64,000 nucleotides of DNA from Blastocatellia bacterium UBA7656 (GCA_002483445.1 DLHY01000007.1:86114-150113), one strand, 5' to 3'; numbered from the stretch's first letter, positions 18,693-29,374 are shown. Notes: generated by a model not told the origin, from the letters alone. Made by a program: numbers and translations.

Positions 18693-19687
18693 AGCCAGCC
18701 CTCGCTGCGATACCAGTTGATCGTCTCTTTGAGTCCTTCCTCTATTGATATCTGTTCGCGATAACCAAGCTCGCGCTTCGCTTTTTCAATCGAACAGCCC
18801 CAGCACTCCTGCGAGAGGTCTTTCACTTTGTCGCGATTGATGACAGGCATTTTTCGCGTGATGGCTGAAAGCATCTCTGCTCCCATCGCGACGGTGTAAG
18901 CGACGGGGCGCGGGATGACAAGGGATCGCACCTTGCGATCAAATATTTTTCCGAGCAGAGCGACCACTGAGCGAAGCGAATAGACTTCCTCGCTTGATAT
19001 GAAATAAGCTTGGCTTGTAGACGCCTCGCTTTCGCCCGCCAGTATTATCCCCTCGGCAAGGTCGCCTGCATGAACGAGGCTCACCTGTTTATCTTGGCGA
19101 CCGATTTCGGGAGAGAGTCCGCGAGCGATGGATTTGAAAAGCTCATAGAGCGCGTAATCGCGCGGGCCGTAGACGGCGGGCGGGCGGACTATGGTTATTG
19201 GCAGAAGATCGGCGACGGCGCGGGCGGCTTCTTCGCCCGCGAGTTTGCTGCGACCATAAGCGGTGATGGGCGCGGGTGTGGTGTCTTCATCGACCGGCTC
19301 ATCCCTGCGGCCAGGCCCCACGGCTGCAAGCGAGCTTATGAGGACGAATTTTTTTATCCGCGAGCGATGTTTGATCGCTGCGGCAAGGATCGTTTCGGTT
19401 CCCTGATGATTGACCGTGAAATAATCCCGACGACGACGAGCGAAAGTCAGGCCCGCGACGTGATAAACCGTATCGACATCGGTGAAGGCTTCATCCCAGT
19501 CGGTCGCGTCGTCCAGTCCGCCGTAGCACAATTCCATCTCAGGATGGTTGAGGTAGCGAAGGTCGCTCGATTGGCGAACCAGACAGCGGACTGCGCGGTT
19601 GCGCTCGATCAATCGCTCGACGAGGTGGCTTCCGACAAACCCCGTTCCTCCCGTCACCAGAACCTTGCCCTGATTGGATTTTGCCAT
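18689..19687 (-). CDS. NAD-dependent epimerase/dehydratase (SDR family)
   Basis: KVLVTGGTGFVGSHLVERL Rossmann motif. The start was re-placed at MAKSNQGKV, which has a GGAGAAGG Shine-Dalgarno; the ORF-track start is probably an over-extension. Confidence 0.85.
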   Translation of the reverse strand: MAKSNQGKVLVTGGTGFVGSHLVERLIERNRAVRCLVRQSSDLRYLNHPEMELCYGGLDDATDWDEAFTDVDTVYHVAGLTFARRRRDYFTVNHQGTETILAAAIKHRSRIKKFVLISSLAAVGPGRRDEPVDEDTTPAPITAYGRSKLAGEEAARAVADLLPITIVRPPAVYGPRDYALYELFKSIARGLSPEIGRQDKQVSLVHAGDLAEGIILAGESEASTSQAYFISSEEVYSLRSVVALLGKIFDRKVRSLVIPRPVAYTVAMGAEMLSAITRKMPVINRDKVKDLSQECWGCSIEKAKRELGYREQISIEEGLKETINWYRSEGWL

Positions 19688-19912
19688 CGCAGTTCCCTTC
19701 TCCCCCTTTTGATCGCCACTGATGATAGCAAACCCCGGAGCGAGTGTGGAGGATCGCACGTTGACTGACTCCCTGAAGGGCGATAGCATTCCTGAGCGTT
19801 GCAGGACGCGCTTGAAATTTTTTTTCACATGGCTGTAATCGCGCCGCGCATTTATTGCATCAATAGCTTTGTGCAAGGCGTTTTGGAACAATTCAATTCA
19901 GGGAGACTGCAC

Positions 19913-22189
19913 ATGGCGGGGGTCGCCGGTATGTATTGCTCAGGCTGCGGAAACAAAGTTGCTGGATCAGTTCGCTTCTGTCCCCGCTGCGGAGCCTCCC
20001 AGACGCCTTACGAAAAGGCGATGCTCGTCTGGCAGCAAAAGCTCATCGGCGCTTCCATCGGCGGCAGATATCGGATAGATGAAAAAATAGGCGCGGGCGG
20101 AATGGGTACGGTCTATCGCGCTCGACGATTACTCATCGGCGATGATGTCGCAGTAAAAATTCTTCACTTTGAAATAATGAGCGATCCGCAGGCAGTCGAA
20201 CGCTTCCGCCGTGAGGCTCAGGCCGCAGCGCGACTCAAGCATCCGAACGCGGTGATGATTTACGATTTCGGCGTGTCCGAAGACGGATTGCTTTATCTGG
20301 TCATGGAACTGGTCGAGGGCCAGAGCCTTCGTCAGATCATACGCGAGCGCGGGCCGCTCTCTCCTCAGACGGCGACGGAAATAGTCAGCCAGGTCTGCGC
20401 CGTGCTTGAAGAATCACACCGGCAAAATATCATTCATCGCGACCTCAAACCCGACAACATCATGGTAAGCACGACGGCGGAAGGCTTCCGCGTCAAGGTG
20501 CTGGATTTCGGCATAGCGAAGCTCAGAGACACGTCGCTTACGTCAGCCAACATCACCAAGACCGGCGCAATGATGGGGACGCCGCATTATATGTCGCCTG
20601 AACAGTGCATGGGCGAAGAGTTGGACGGGCGCTCGGATGTTTACAGCCTCGGCATAGTCCTTTATGAAATGCTGACGGGAGTGGTGCCGTTCAATTCGCC
20701 CGTCTCGTCTGCGGTCGTCGTTCAGCATGTCACTCAGCAGCCTCCGCCGCTGCGGGCGATAAACGTCAGCGTCTCGCCCAAGGTTGAGGCGGTCGTTATG
20801 AGCGCGCTTGAGAAGCAGCGCGAAGCGCGGCCTCAGACGGCGACGGCATTGACCGAACAACTGGCCGCCGCCATCAGCAGCGGGTTTATCACTCAACCGA
20901 ACACGATGCGCTCGGGAACGATGAATGCGCTTCCGCACAGATCGCCATCGGGCGCGGCTCAGGCGTCTTTGCCGGTGACGCGAATATCGACTCCCGCTAA
21001 TGAAGCGATGACGACTGTAGCCGATGCGCAGACTCAGACTGAAACGCCTTCGCGCGCTGCATCGAAGAAACGCGCGCTTTTGATTTTAAGCATTGTGGCG
21101 GCCCTTGCAGTGATCGGAGCGGCGATAGTTCTGATGCTGCGAGCGCGGGCTGGCGAAGTGCGAGGGCAGATCAACGATAATCAGTCGCAGAGCGTCGTGG
21201 AGCAGAGTGAACCGCCTGGGCCGAGTGATCGGGTTGTGTCTACGGTTCCGCCGCCCGGTATGGGTTACGTTGCGGGCGGAGAGTTTTTGATGGGCAATGA
21301 TACGGGCAGCGAAGGGGAGCGCCCGCAGCATAGCGTCGTGGTCAAACCGTTCTTCGTTGATTTGTATGAAGTGACCGGCAGCGATTACGAAAAGTTCATG
21401 GAAGCGACGGGCCACCCGGCTCCGCAGGGATGGACGAGCGGGCATCATCCGCGCGGCGCGGGGAGAAAACCCGTGACCGGAATCAGTTGGGATGACGCCG
21501 CGGCTTATGCGAAGTGGGCGGGCAAGCGATTGCCTACGGAAGAAGAGTGGGAGTTTGCGGCGCGCGGGACGACAGGCTTTCGCTATACGTGGGGCAACGA
21601 TTGGCGTCCTCGTCTGGCTAATGCAGACACTTCGGCGCACGGACACGGAGGAGCGGCTCACGTCGGCGAACACATGGGAGTTTCGCCCTTCGGCGCGTTC
21701 GATATGATAGGCAATGCGTGGGAATGGACGGCCAGCGATTTCGCGGCCTATCCCGGCGGGCAGGCGCAAGCGGAAGCGGGATTGAAGGTGATTCGCGGCG
21801 GTTCGTGGGCGAGCAACAGAAACGAAGCAACGACGACTTTCCGCAAAGGTCTTCCGGCAACAGGAGCCGCCGATTACAGTCAGGTCGGTTTTCGCTGCGT
21901 CAGCGATGCCGTGGTTTCGCAAACCCCGGATACCTCAAAAGCTCCTACGGGGATGAACGTCGTGGGAGTGAGCAGCGAGGCAGCACAGGAGCAAAAGAAA
22001 AAGGTAGCGCCGAAAGCTGTGAAGAAGTCCCCGCCTCCGCGACCGAAAAAGACAGATTCGGATCGCAAAAAACGGCGCAGCGACCGAGAGTTGCGGGAGG
22101 ACGATTCAGACGATTCAGATGATCGAGAGCGATGGTCGTCATCACATTCACGCCGACGACGGGACTTTCAAGATCGAGATCGAAATTAA
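19913..22189 (+). CDS. Ser/Thr protein kinase fused to C-terminal FGE-sulfatase (SUMF1/DUF323) domain; N-terminal zinc-ribbon; charged low-complexity tail
   Basis: CSGCGN...CPRCG zinc ribbon. Kinase motifs (VAVKIL, HRDLKPDNIM, DFGIAK, TPHYMSPEQ). A TM segment. FGE-sulfatase motifs (RGGSW, GFRCV, MIGNAWEWT). Confidence 0.85.
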   Translation: MAGVAGMYCSGCGNKVAGSVRFCPRCGASQTPYEKAMLVWQQKLIGASIGGRYRIDEKIGAGGMGTVYRARRLLIGDDVAVKILHFEIMSDPQAVERFRREAQAAARLKHPNAVMIYDFGVSEDGLLYLVMELVEGQSLRQIIRERGPLSPQTATEIVSQVCAVLEESHRQNIIHRDLKPDNIMVSTTAEGFRVKVLDFGIAKLRDTSLTSANITKTGAMMGTPHYMSPEQCMGEELDGRSDVYSLGIVLYEMLTGVVPFNSPVSSAVVVQHVTQQPPPLRAINVSVSPKVEAVVMSALEKQREARPQTATALTEQLAAAISSGFITQPNTMRSGTMNALPHRSPSGAAQASLPVTRISTPANEAMTTVADAQTQTETPSRAASKKRALLILSIVAALAVIGAAIVLMLRARAGEVRGQINDNQSQSVVEQSEPPGPSDRVVSTVPPPGMGYVAGGEFLMGNDTGSEGERPQHSVVVKPFFVDLYEVTGSDYEKFMEATGHPAPQGWTSGHHPRGAGRKPVTGISWDDAAAYAKWAGKRLPTEEEWEFAARGTTGFRYTWGNDWRPRLANADTSAHGHGGAAHVGEHMGVSPFGAFDMIGNAWEWTASDFAAYPGGQAQAEAGLKVIRGGSWASNRNEATTTFRKGLPATGAADYSQVGFRCVSDAVVSQTPDTSKAPTGMNVVGVSSEAAQEQKKKVAPKAVKKSPPPRPKKTDSDRKKRRSDRELREDDSDDSDDRERWSSSHSRRRRDFQDRDRN

Positions 22190-22223
22190 AGTTCGTAGTG
22201 CGCCACGCGGCGATTCTCTCAGA

Positions 22224-23507
22224 TCATTTTCCGGCGTGCCGCTCAAGATAATCGAGCAAGACGCTCGCCATCACTTTTACCCCGACCACGAGGCTTTCTT
22301 CATCGACATCGAATTCGGCAGTATGCCACGCGGCGGTGATGCCTTTGGCTTTGTTCCCCACTCCGAGGAAGTAAAAAAATCCCGGCACCACTTTCTGATA
22401 ATAAGAAAAATCCTCGGCAGGCATGAAAGGTTTGGGTGTTATGAGATTCGCGTCTCCGATGACGCGGCGGATCGAGGGCAGCGTCTCCGCTACGAGCGCA
22501 GGCTCGTTGTAGGTGACCGGATTCGGGCCATCGAATTTCAAATCGAATTCGGCTCCGTAAGCAGAAGTCACACCCGCAAGAGTTTCTCGAATCAATTCCT
22601 GCGCCCGCTTGCGGACATCTTCACTGAGCGCGCGCATAGTGCCTTCCATGCGCACCTCATCAGCGATTATGTTATTGCGATCTCCGCCGCGGATCGTGCC
22701 TATGGTGATGACCAGAGGTTCGAGCGGATCGATGCGACGGCTGCGAATGGTTTGAAGAGCGAGGACGCACTCCGACGCGACGACCACCGCATCCGTTCCG
22801 AGGTGAGGTTGCGCGCCATGAGATTTTTTCCCGCGAATGGTTATCAGTATGCGATCCGACGAAGCCATGGCGGGGCCTGAGTGATAAGCGATCTGACCGG
22901 CTTCGATGCTCGGCATGGTATGAAGTCCGAAGATGGCCTGCGGGCGAGGGTTTTCGAGTACGCCTTCTTTGACCATCAGCCTTGCGCCTCCTTCTTCGCC
23001 CGACGGCGCTCCTTCTTCAGCGGGTTGAAAGATGAATTTGACGGTGCCTGCAATCTGATCTTTCATGCGCGAAAGGACTTCGGCGACTCCGAGTTGGACA
23101 GTCATGTGAACATCGTGACCGCAGGCGTGTTTGACTCCGGGGTTTTGCGAACGGTAAGGAACATCGATAGTTTCCTGAATCGGCAGCGCGTCCATATCCG
23201 CGCGCACGGCGACGACGGGGCCGGGCTTCGCCCCGCGAAGCAGCGCGATGACGCCGTGGCGGGCGACATTGGTTTTGACTTCCAATCCGAGCGCGCGCAA
23301 TCGTTCAGCGACGACACGAGCGGTTCGTTCTTCGCGGTTGGAGAGTTCCGGGTGCATGTGAAAATCGCGGCGCTGCGTGATGAGTTGCTGGCGGAGTGAT
23401 TCCGCCGTCTGCGCGATTTGCTGATCGCGACCTGTATTTTTTTGCGAGAAGGCAGAGAGCGAGAGCATGAAAATCAAAGCGATGGCGATGATCGAATTTC
23501 GTTTCAT
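22224..23507 (-). CDS. M20-family amidohydrolase/peptidase (secreted)
   Basis: Signal peptide, then an M20D-like core (HACGHDVHM... ...GGDRNNII...). Confidence 0.8.
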   Translation of the reverse strand: MKRNSIIAIALIFMLSLSAFSQKNTGRDQQIAQTAESLRQQLITQRRDFHMHPELSNREERTARVVAERLRALGLEVKTNVARHGVIALLRGAKPGPVVAVRADMDALPIQETIDVPYRSQNPGVKHACGHDVHMTVQLGVAEVLSRMKDQIAGTVKFIFQPAEEGAPSGEEGGARLMVKEGVLENPRPQAIFGLHTMPSIEAGQIAYHSGPAMASSDRILITIRGKKSHGAQPHLGTDAVVVASECVLALQTIRSRRIDPLEPLVITIGTIRGGDRNNIIADEVRMEGTMRALSEDVRKRAQELIRETLAGVTSAYGAEFDLKFDGPNPVTYNEPALVAETLPSIRRVIGDANLITPKPFMPAEDFSYYQKVVPGFFYFLGVGNKAKGITAAWHTAEFDVDEESLVVGVKVMASVLLDYLERHAGK

Positions 23508-23520
23508 CAGGTTTTCCCTC

Positions 23521-23544
23521 GTGGCGCAAGCTGTTAGCTTGCGC
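23521..23544. repeat. REP-like palindromic element, copy 2 (first hairpin only)
   Basis: Exact GTGGCGCAAGCTGTTAGCTTGCGC. Confidence 0.7.
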
Positions 23545-23712
23545 TTTGTATTTATGATCGTTTCAGGGTGATTAGCGAGCTTATGTTTTCCGGCGAGCGC
23601 GGGTCAAGTGATTCGTGTTGACGCCTTTTGCCGAAGAGTGCTGTAATCGAGTTCCTTCGATAGACATCGATTCACGCGACACATTATCGCGGCGCAACGA
23701 GGAGCAAGTATA

Positions 23713-24819
23713 ATGGAAAGCGCAGACACACAGACACAAGGGATATCGAGTATGACAGCGCCTTTGATTTTAGATTCGCTTGAGATTCAGGGCTTCCGAG
23801 GATTTCGCCATCTGAGCATCGAACGGCTGGGCCGCGTCAACCTGATTGTTGGAAAGAACAGTGTCGGGAAGACTGCGCTTTTGGAAGCGTTATGGCTCTA
23901 TGCAAATCAAGGCTCCCTTTCAATAGTTTGGGAAATTCTGGAAGCCCGCGACGAGAGAAGTCACTCATATTCATCTCGATATCTATCTGGGCCAGAAATT
24001 AAAGAATCATTCATAGGATCAGTATCGGCCATCAAACATTTGTTTTATGGACAAAGAGGTGTGAAAAAACAAATCGTCCAAATTCCTCCTATCCGCATAG
24101 GGCCTCTTAATGCTTATGAGCAAATCCTCGAAATGACTTTGATTCACACTGATCCTAACAAGACGGCACGCCTAGTCAGCGAGTTAGGAATGAGATCAAC
24201 AATTTATCTACTGGATGCCGAACCTTCTCCTACTCGCGAATCTGTTACGACAACTTGCATATTCATTCCTGCAAACGGGTTGAATCTTGCGAAGATCGTA
24301 AGCCTTTGGGACAGCATCGGCTTGACAAACTTGGAGCAGGAAGTGGTCAAATCAATGCAAGTCATTGATAGACGGGTTGAGCGTGTGAATCTTTTGAGCG
24401 ACCCCAACCTCAGTCATGACCAAAGCCGCATACCGAAGGCCAGAATATCTGGAGTTGATGAGCCTGTAGCTTTGCGCAGCCTTGGAGACGGGATGAATCG
24501 TCTCTTCGGAATCGCACTCGCACTGGTAAACGCGAAAGACGGAATGCTGCTCATCGATGAAGTCGAAAACGGGCTTCACTATTCCGTGCAGCCTGATGTG
24601 TGGAGATTGATTTTCGAGACGGCGCGCAATCTCAATGTGCAGGTCTTCGCCACCACTCACAGTTGGGATTGCATCGAGGCATTTCAAAAGGCGGCTGAGG
24701 AAAGCCCGGAAGATGGATTGCTCATCAGGCTGGCTGAGAGGAAAGGCGAAATAATCTCTGATGTATTCAGTGAAGAAGAGCTTGGCATTGCTACCAAAGG
24801 ACAAATCGAGTTGCGTTGA
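23713..24819 (+). CDS. ABC-type AAA ATPase (AAA_21/AAA_15, OLD/AriA/AbiLi-like)
   Basis: Walker A VGKNSVGKTALLEAL near the N-terminus. Walker B and D-loop LLIDEVENGLH, and H-loop ATTHS, near the C-terminus. GC is about 47%, well below the surrounding DNA. Confidence 0.8.
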   Translation: MESADTQTQGISSMTAPLILDSLEIQGFRGFRHLSIERLGRVNLIVGKNSVGKTALLEALWLYANQGSLSIVWEILEARDERSHSYSSRYLSGPEIKESFIGSVSAIKHLFYGQRGVKKQIVQIPPIRIGPLNAYEQILEMTLIHTDPNKTARLVSELGMRSTIYLLDAEPSPTRESVTTTCIFIPANGLNLAKIVSLWDSIGLTNLEQEVVKSMQVIDRRVERVNLLSDPNLSHDQSRIPKARISGVDEPVALRSLGDGMNRLFGIALALVNAKDGMLLIDEVENGLHYSVQPDVWRLIFETARNLNVQVFATTHSWDCIEAFQKAAEESPEDGLLIRLAERKGEIISDVFSEEELGIATKGQIELR

Positions 24820-25457
24820 TTATGGCTGACGGAAATTTACTACTTTTCGAGGGCAAGGACGAATGGTTTGTTTTCCGCAGCTTGATGACTCATCACGGCA
24901 TCGACGTAAAAGTAGCCGAATCAAAAAGCTTTGATGGAATAGCAGACCTGTTAGAAAAATTGCCTGTTCAATTGCGCAGCGATGAGGTAAAGCGACTCGG
25001 CATCGTGGTCGATGCCGACACTGATATTTCATCTCGCTGGCAAGCTATCCGAAATATTCTGATAGCGGGCGACTACACGAACGCGCCCAAATCTCCATCG
25101 CCTGAAGGCACAATTGTTGAGTTGGAAAATTTGTCTCTGGTGCGGGTTCCAAAGGTCGGCGTATGGATTATGCCGGATAACAAACTGCCGGGTATGCTGG
25201 AAAATTTTGTCAGCTTTCTCGGAGCGGCAACCGATCCTTTGTGGGATATCGCTGATGAGTGCCTGAAGCATATCCCGGAAGAACATCGTCGATTCAAAGA
25301 GAGCCAGCGAATCAAGGCCCATCTTCATACCTGGCTGGCGTGGCAGAAAAAGCCGGGTACGCCGCTTGGGCAATCCATTACTGCAAAATTCCTTGACGCC
25401 GACGCTCCGCACGCTCAACAACTCATCGGCTGGATTCGCAGATTGTTCGATCTATAA
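24816..25457 (+). CDS. small TOPRIM-like protein (DUF4276/DUF4435-like partner of the ATPase)
   Basis: ATGA start overlap with the ATPase gene. An N-terminal conserved Glu (LLLFEGKDEW) and a downstream DxD (GIVVDADTD) match a TOPRIM catalytic core. 213 aa. Confidence 0.55.
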   Translation: MIMADGNLLLFEGKDEWFVFRSLMTHHGIDVKVAESKSFDGIADLLEKLPVQLRSDEVKRLGIVVDADTDISSRWQAIRNILIAGDYTNAPKSPSPEGTIVELENLSLVRVPKVGVWIMPDNKLPGMLENFVSFLGAATDPLWDIADECLKHIPEEHRRFKESQRIKAHLHTWLAWQKKPGTPLGQSITAKFLDADAPHAQQLIGWIRRLFDL

Positions 25458-25584
25458 CGCAACACGCAGAGATCGCGCAAAGTTTTTCTCTGCACAACCT
25501 CTGCGTGACAGGTTTTCGACTTCTCGCTTCCCGTGAAAAAATTGAGAAGCGACTTTTGCCTTTTTACTTTTTACTTTTGCCTTT

Positions 25585-26448
25585 CTAAGCTGCGCCGTGT
25601 TTCTTGAACCAATCCTGCAATTTTCGCCATCCGTCCTCGGATTGCTGCCGTCGATAGCTCTGACGGTAATCGGCATGAAATCCGTGAGGCGTGTCCGGGT
25701 AGAGAATGATCTCGCTCGGTTTGCCCGCTGACTTGAGCGCCGCCTGCATCTGCTCGACTGTCGGGTTCGGTATGCCTCCGTCGGCCCCGCCGTAAAGACC
25801 AAGCACGGGCGCTTTCAAATCCTTCACCAGATCAATCGGATGCTTTGGATGAAGCTCGTCCGCCTGACCCACCAAACGACCGTACCACGCGACCCCGGCT
25901 TTGAGCTTTGGATTGTGCGCGGCATACAGCCACACGATTCGACCGCCCCAGCAAAAACCCGTGATGCCGAGTTTGTTCGCATTGGCTTTGCCAGTTTTCG
26001 CGGCCCACTCGACCGTCGCGTCGAGGTCTGCCATCACCTGCGCGTCGGGGACTTTCGATACTACATTGGTGATGATCTCGTTGACGTTGGTCATCCGTGA
26101 CACGTCGCCCTGTCGGGCATAAAGTTCAGGGGCGATGGCCAGATGTCCGAGCTTGGCGAACCTCCGACAGATGTCCTTTATATGCTCATGGACGCCGAAT
26201 ATCTCCTGAATGACTAACGCGACTGGAAAGGATTTTCCCTTGTCGGGCATCGCGCGATAAGCGGGAATCTCGCCGCCCTTGACCGGAATTTTCACTTCAC
26301 CGGCTACAAGACCTGCGGTGTCGGTCGTTATCGTTTGCGCCGAGACTGGCTCGACGGCTGCGGCAAAGCCTGTGGCGAGAGTCGTGACGACGAACTCTCT
26401 GCGGGTGAATTCGGTTTTCTCTGTAAGACGGGTCAAGTCCTGATGCAT
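25585..26448 (-). CDS. dienelactone hydrolase family protein (Tat-secreted)
   Basis: Tat-like signal ([18 protein letters not shown]) and a DLH fold (GITGFCWGG nucleophile elbow). The start was re-placed at MHQDL, which has a GAGGAGG Shine-Dalgarno. Confidence 0.8.
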   Translation of the reverse strand: MHQDLTRLTEKTEFTRREFVVTTLATGFAAAVEPVSAQTITTDTAGLVAGEVKIPVKGGEIPAYRAMPDKGKSFPVALVIQEIFGVHEHIKDICRRFAKLGHLAIAPELYARQGDVSRMTNVNEIITNVVSKVPDAQVMADLDATVEWAAKTGKANANKLGITGFCWGGRIVWLYAAHNPKLKAGVAWYGRLVGQADELHPKHPIDLVKDLKAPVLGLYGGADGGIPNPTVEQMQAALKSAGKPSEIILYPDTPHGFHADYRQSYRRQQSEDGWRKLQDWFKKHGAA

Positions 26449-26570
26449 CGTGTTCCTCCTCAAAGAAGTCTGGAGTCTGAAGTCGGGAGTCGGGAGTCTG
26501 ATCGCTCGCGGCTCCGCCCACCTGTTCAAATGCTGATGAGTTCCACTGGAAATAGTTTACAGCCCTCGAT

Positions 26571-27553
26571 TCAGCCGCCCGCGCGCCTGCGCCTGCGCTC
26601 GCGGTAGAAGACCGGAAAGGTGTGAATGGTCTGAAAGCCGCAACTCTCGTAGAGATGAACCGCGCCCTTGTTGCCTGCTGTCACGGCAAGCGAGACGGCA
26701 TCTATCCCGCAGCGCGAAAATTTCACGAGCGCCGACTCGATCATCCATCGCCCTATTCCTAATCCCTGAAAAGCCCTGCGCAATGAAATCTGGCTTATGT
26801 GACCCGCGCCCTCTGCTATGCGAGAGGCTATCAGTACGCCGACCATCTGGCCGGTGTCCGCGCTGACGGCCACGCGGGTGACTTCGGGCAGAAAGTCTCC
26901 GCACCATATATGCCCGGTCAGAATCGATAGCGTTTCACTGCAGCCTTCCTCGCGCGCATACTGGCTGTTTACGCGGGCGTCGAGGCTGCCGCGATAAGAA
27001 CTGTGAATGACGCGAGCGGCTTCGTCGAAATCATCTTCTTCCCACGATCTTATTTCGATGTGAGAAAACGAGGGGTCGACTTCAGCGGCGCGCTTGAGAT
27101 GAGTCATCATAAAGCGCCGGTCGCATTGATGAAATCCGAGAGACTGGAACATCTCGCCTGCGCTGTCGTTGCCTATCTGGACGCACTGGCTCTCTATGCG
27201 GCGTATGCGCGTCAGGCGGTCGATCTCTTCGATCATCGCCTCGACTATCCGGCCATCGATTCCGCTCCCGCGCCAATGCTTTGAGACATAAATATCCCCT
27301 ATTGATACGCGGCCCCCTTCCACGACATAAAAACCCAGCCCCGCGTACTGACCTTCGACCGAAGCGGCAAAACCGAGAAGCTCCGATTCGGCCAGAACAT
27401 CGCGGATCATGCGGCTCGGCGCGGAGTAATCCCACCTAAGCAGGGAGAGCCACTCGCGGCATTGCTCTTCGAAGAGAGGCGCAAGCTCCGCCTCATCCGC
27501 CTCCGAGAGCGGGATGATGCGAGGTTCCGAATTTGTCAGCGCAGCGGTAGCCA
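26571..27553 (-). CDS. tandem GNAT-domain N-acetyltransferase
   Basis: Two acetyl-CoA binding blocks (RGSGIDGRIVEAMIE and QGLGIGRWMIESAL). Confidence 0.7.
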
Positions 27554-27950
27554 TAAAACCAATGTGAACGATGATCTTTCGACGGATTATAGAGACAATG
27601 CGCGCGGCGAGCAATGAAGTCAGGTCGCAGGCGACAGGAACTTTCGCAACTTTTTTGCAACCGAAACTTTCAGAAAAATGTGAAGCCGTCAACCGCAGGG
27701 CTGTTGCAATAGTGGAGTGATTCATGGTACATAGCAGCGCGTTGAAGCTTCGCTCAGACGAAGCAACCTGAAAATTTATGGCTCCTGTTCTTTGGTCTTT
27801 TCGCTCGGCAAATTCTCCGCTGTAGACAGACAACAGGATCAGAAATTATGTTTTCATACATGGTCAGCTTAGGAATCGCTTCGAGTTAGCGTCTCTCAGT
27901 CGCCCTGGCTATTAACAGTGGAGATTCTTTCTTGAAAAAGGAGAAAACAC

Positions 27951-29294
27951 ATGGGGGAAAAGAAAAAGTGGACGGTGATGGTCTATCTGAGCGGGGACAA
28001 CAATCTGAGCGAAGAATGCGTGTGGGCGCTCAAGGAGATGTACAGAATCGGAGCGAACGACCGCGTGGCGGTCATCGCTCAGTATGATTCCAAAGCGCGC
28101 AATGTTCCGATCTCTCGTTATATCATCGGGCAGAATCCATCCGACGGCGCTCTTGACGAATATGCCAGGGCGCTCAGGATGAGTTCGCGAAAGTCGAAAG
28201 GCTCGCCTCTCTGGCAGGAAGCTTCGGCGTCGGCCAGGATGCTGAGGGATTTTATAATCTGGGGGGCTGATCGTTTCCCAGCGGATAATTACATGGTCGT
28301 CCTTTCCGGTCACGGCAGCGGGGCCGAAGGCGATTATCTGATAAGAGATGATAATCCGCCTTCCTACCTGAGCATCCCGCGTCTTCGCTGGGCGCTTGAG
28401 GAAGCGAAAAAGAAATTGAAACGGATCGACCTACTCGGTCTCGATGCCTGCCTTATGAGCACAGCCGAAGTCGGTTATGAGGTGAAGAAGACGGTCAGGT
28501 TTCTCGTCGGCGCGGAGGGCTTCGAGCCTGACGCCGGCTGGCCTTATCACAGAATTCTGGAAACGCTCAACGCAAGTCCTGATATAAAGCCGCGCGATCT
28601 GGCCTGCGCGATAGTCGAAAAATATACAGGCTATTATTCGGACTATGCGAGCGCGGGCGTATCGGTCGATTTGTCGGCCTGCGATTCGGAAAAAAGCGAC
28701 GCGATGGCGGAGGCCGTAAATCGATTGGCCAAAGTTCTCCGTTCGAGCATAGAGGCGCGCTCGGTTGAAGACGCTGTTTTGCTGGCGCACTGGCGGGCGC
28801 AGTCTTATAAGTTTGAAGACTATGTTGACCTGTTCGATTTTTGCGATCTTCTGGAAGAAGGCTGCGATAACGAGCAGGTCAAAGAGGCGTGCAGTGCAGT
28901 GAAGATTGCGGTTGAAAGTCTCGTGGTGAAGTCGTGCTACAGCGGGGCGGCGTTTCAATACTCGCGAGGAGTTTCGATCTACTTCCCGTGGGCCGAAGTG
29001 ACAGGCAAGTACAAAAATCTTCTTTTCTCGAAGAAGACGAAATGGGACGAATTTCTTCACAAGTATGTCGAGCAGACGCGCCGGGGGCCGCGCGGGCAGG
29101 AAGCGATACGGGGCAAGCTTCAGGTTCAGGGAGCCTCGTCCGCTTCCGAGGTGCGATCTGTTTCCGGTTCCGGGCGATTTACTCCGCCCTGGAGCAGATT
29201 TACCCCTCCCTGGAGCAGAATGGAATCTGCTGTATCAGTGAAGGTGAAGAATCCGCCTATCACCTTCAACAAGGATGAATGTAAGCCTGAGTGA
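27951..29294 (+). CDS. clostripain-like (peptidase family C11) cysteine peptidase, cytoplasmic
   Basis: WTVMVYLSGDNNLSEE at the N-terminus. Catalytic His in VVLSGHGSG and Cys in LLGLDACLMST. A C-terminal short tandem repeat (RFTPPWS x2). Confidence 0.8.
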   Translation: MGEKKKWTVMVYLSGDNNLSEECVWALKEMYRIGANDRVAVIAQYDSKARNVPISRYIIGQNPSDGALDEYARALRMSSRKSKGSPLWQEASASARMLRDFIIWGADRFPADNYMVVLSGHGSGAEGDYLIRDDNPPSYLSIPRLRWALEEAKKKLKRIDLLGLDACLMSTAEVGYEVKKTVRFLVGAEGFEPDAGWPYHRILETLNASPDIKPRDLACAIVEKYTGYYSDYASAGVSVDLSACDSEKSDAMAEAVNRLAKVLRSSIEARSVEDAVLLAHWRAQSYKFEDYVDLFDFCDLLEEGCDNEQVKEACSAVKIAVESLVVKSCYSGAAFQYSRGVSIYFPWAEVTGKYKNLLFSKKTKWDEFLHKYVEQTRRGPRGQEAIRGKLQVQGASSASEVRSVSGSGRFTPPWSRFTPPWSRMESAVSVKVKNPPITFNKDECKPE

Positions 29295-29374
29295 AGGCCA
29301 GCCGGGCTGTTCGCTGGTTTGCTTCTGAGAGTACATTGCGAAATTCGATCCTCGTTTAGCTCCACAGGAGCAAT

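Noticed and set aside
21086-21922. 278-aa antisense ORF inside the Ser/Thr kinase–FGE gene
   Set aside because: It is Arg-rich antisense to a well-supported coding region, so it is spurious.
14744-25457. Possible Gabija-like system (UvrD helicase + ATPase/TOPRIM)
   Set aside because: The helicase (14744-17527) and the ATPase/TOPRIM pair (23713-25457) are 6 kb apart, on opposite strands, with unrelated genes between them. They are not an operon. Gabija's GajA is a fused ATPase-TOPRIM.
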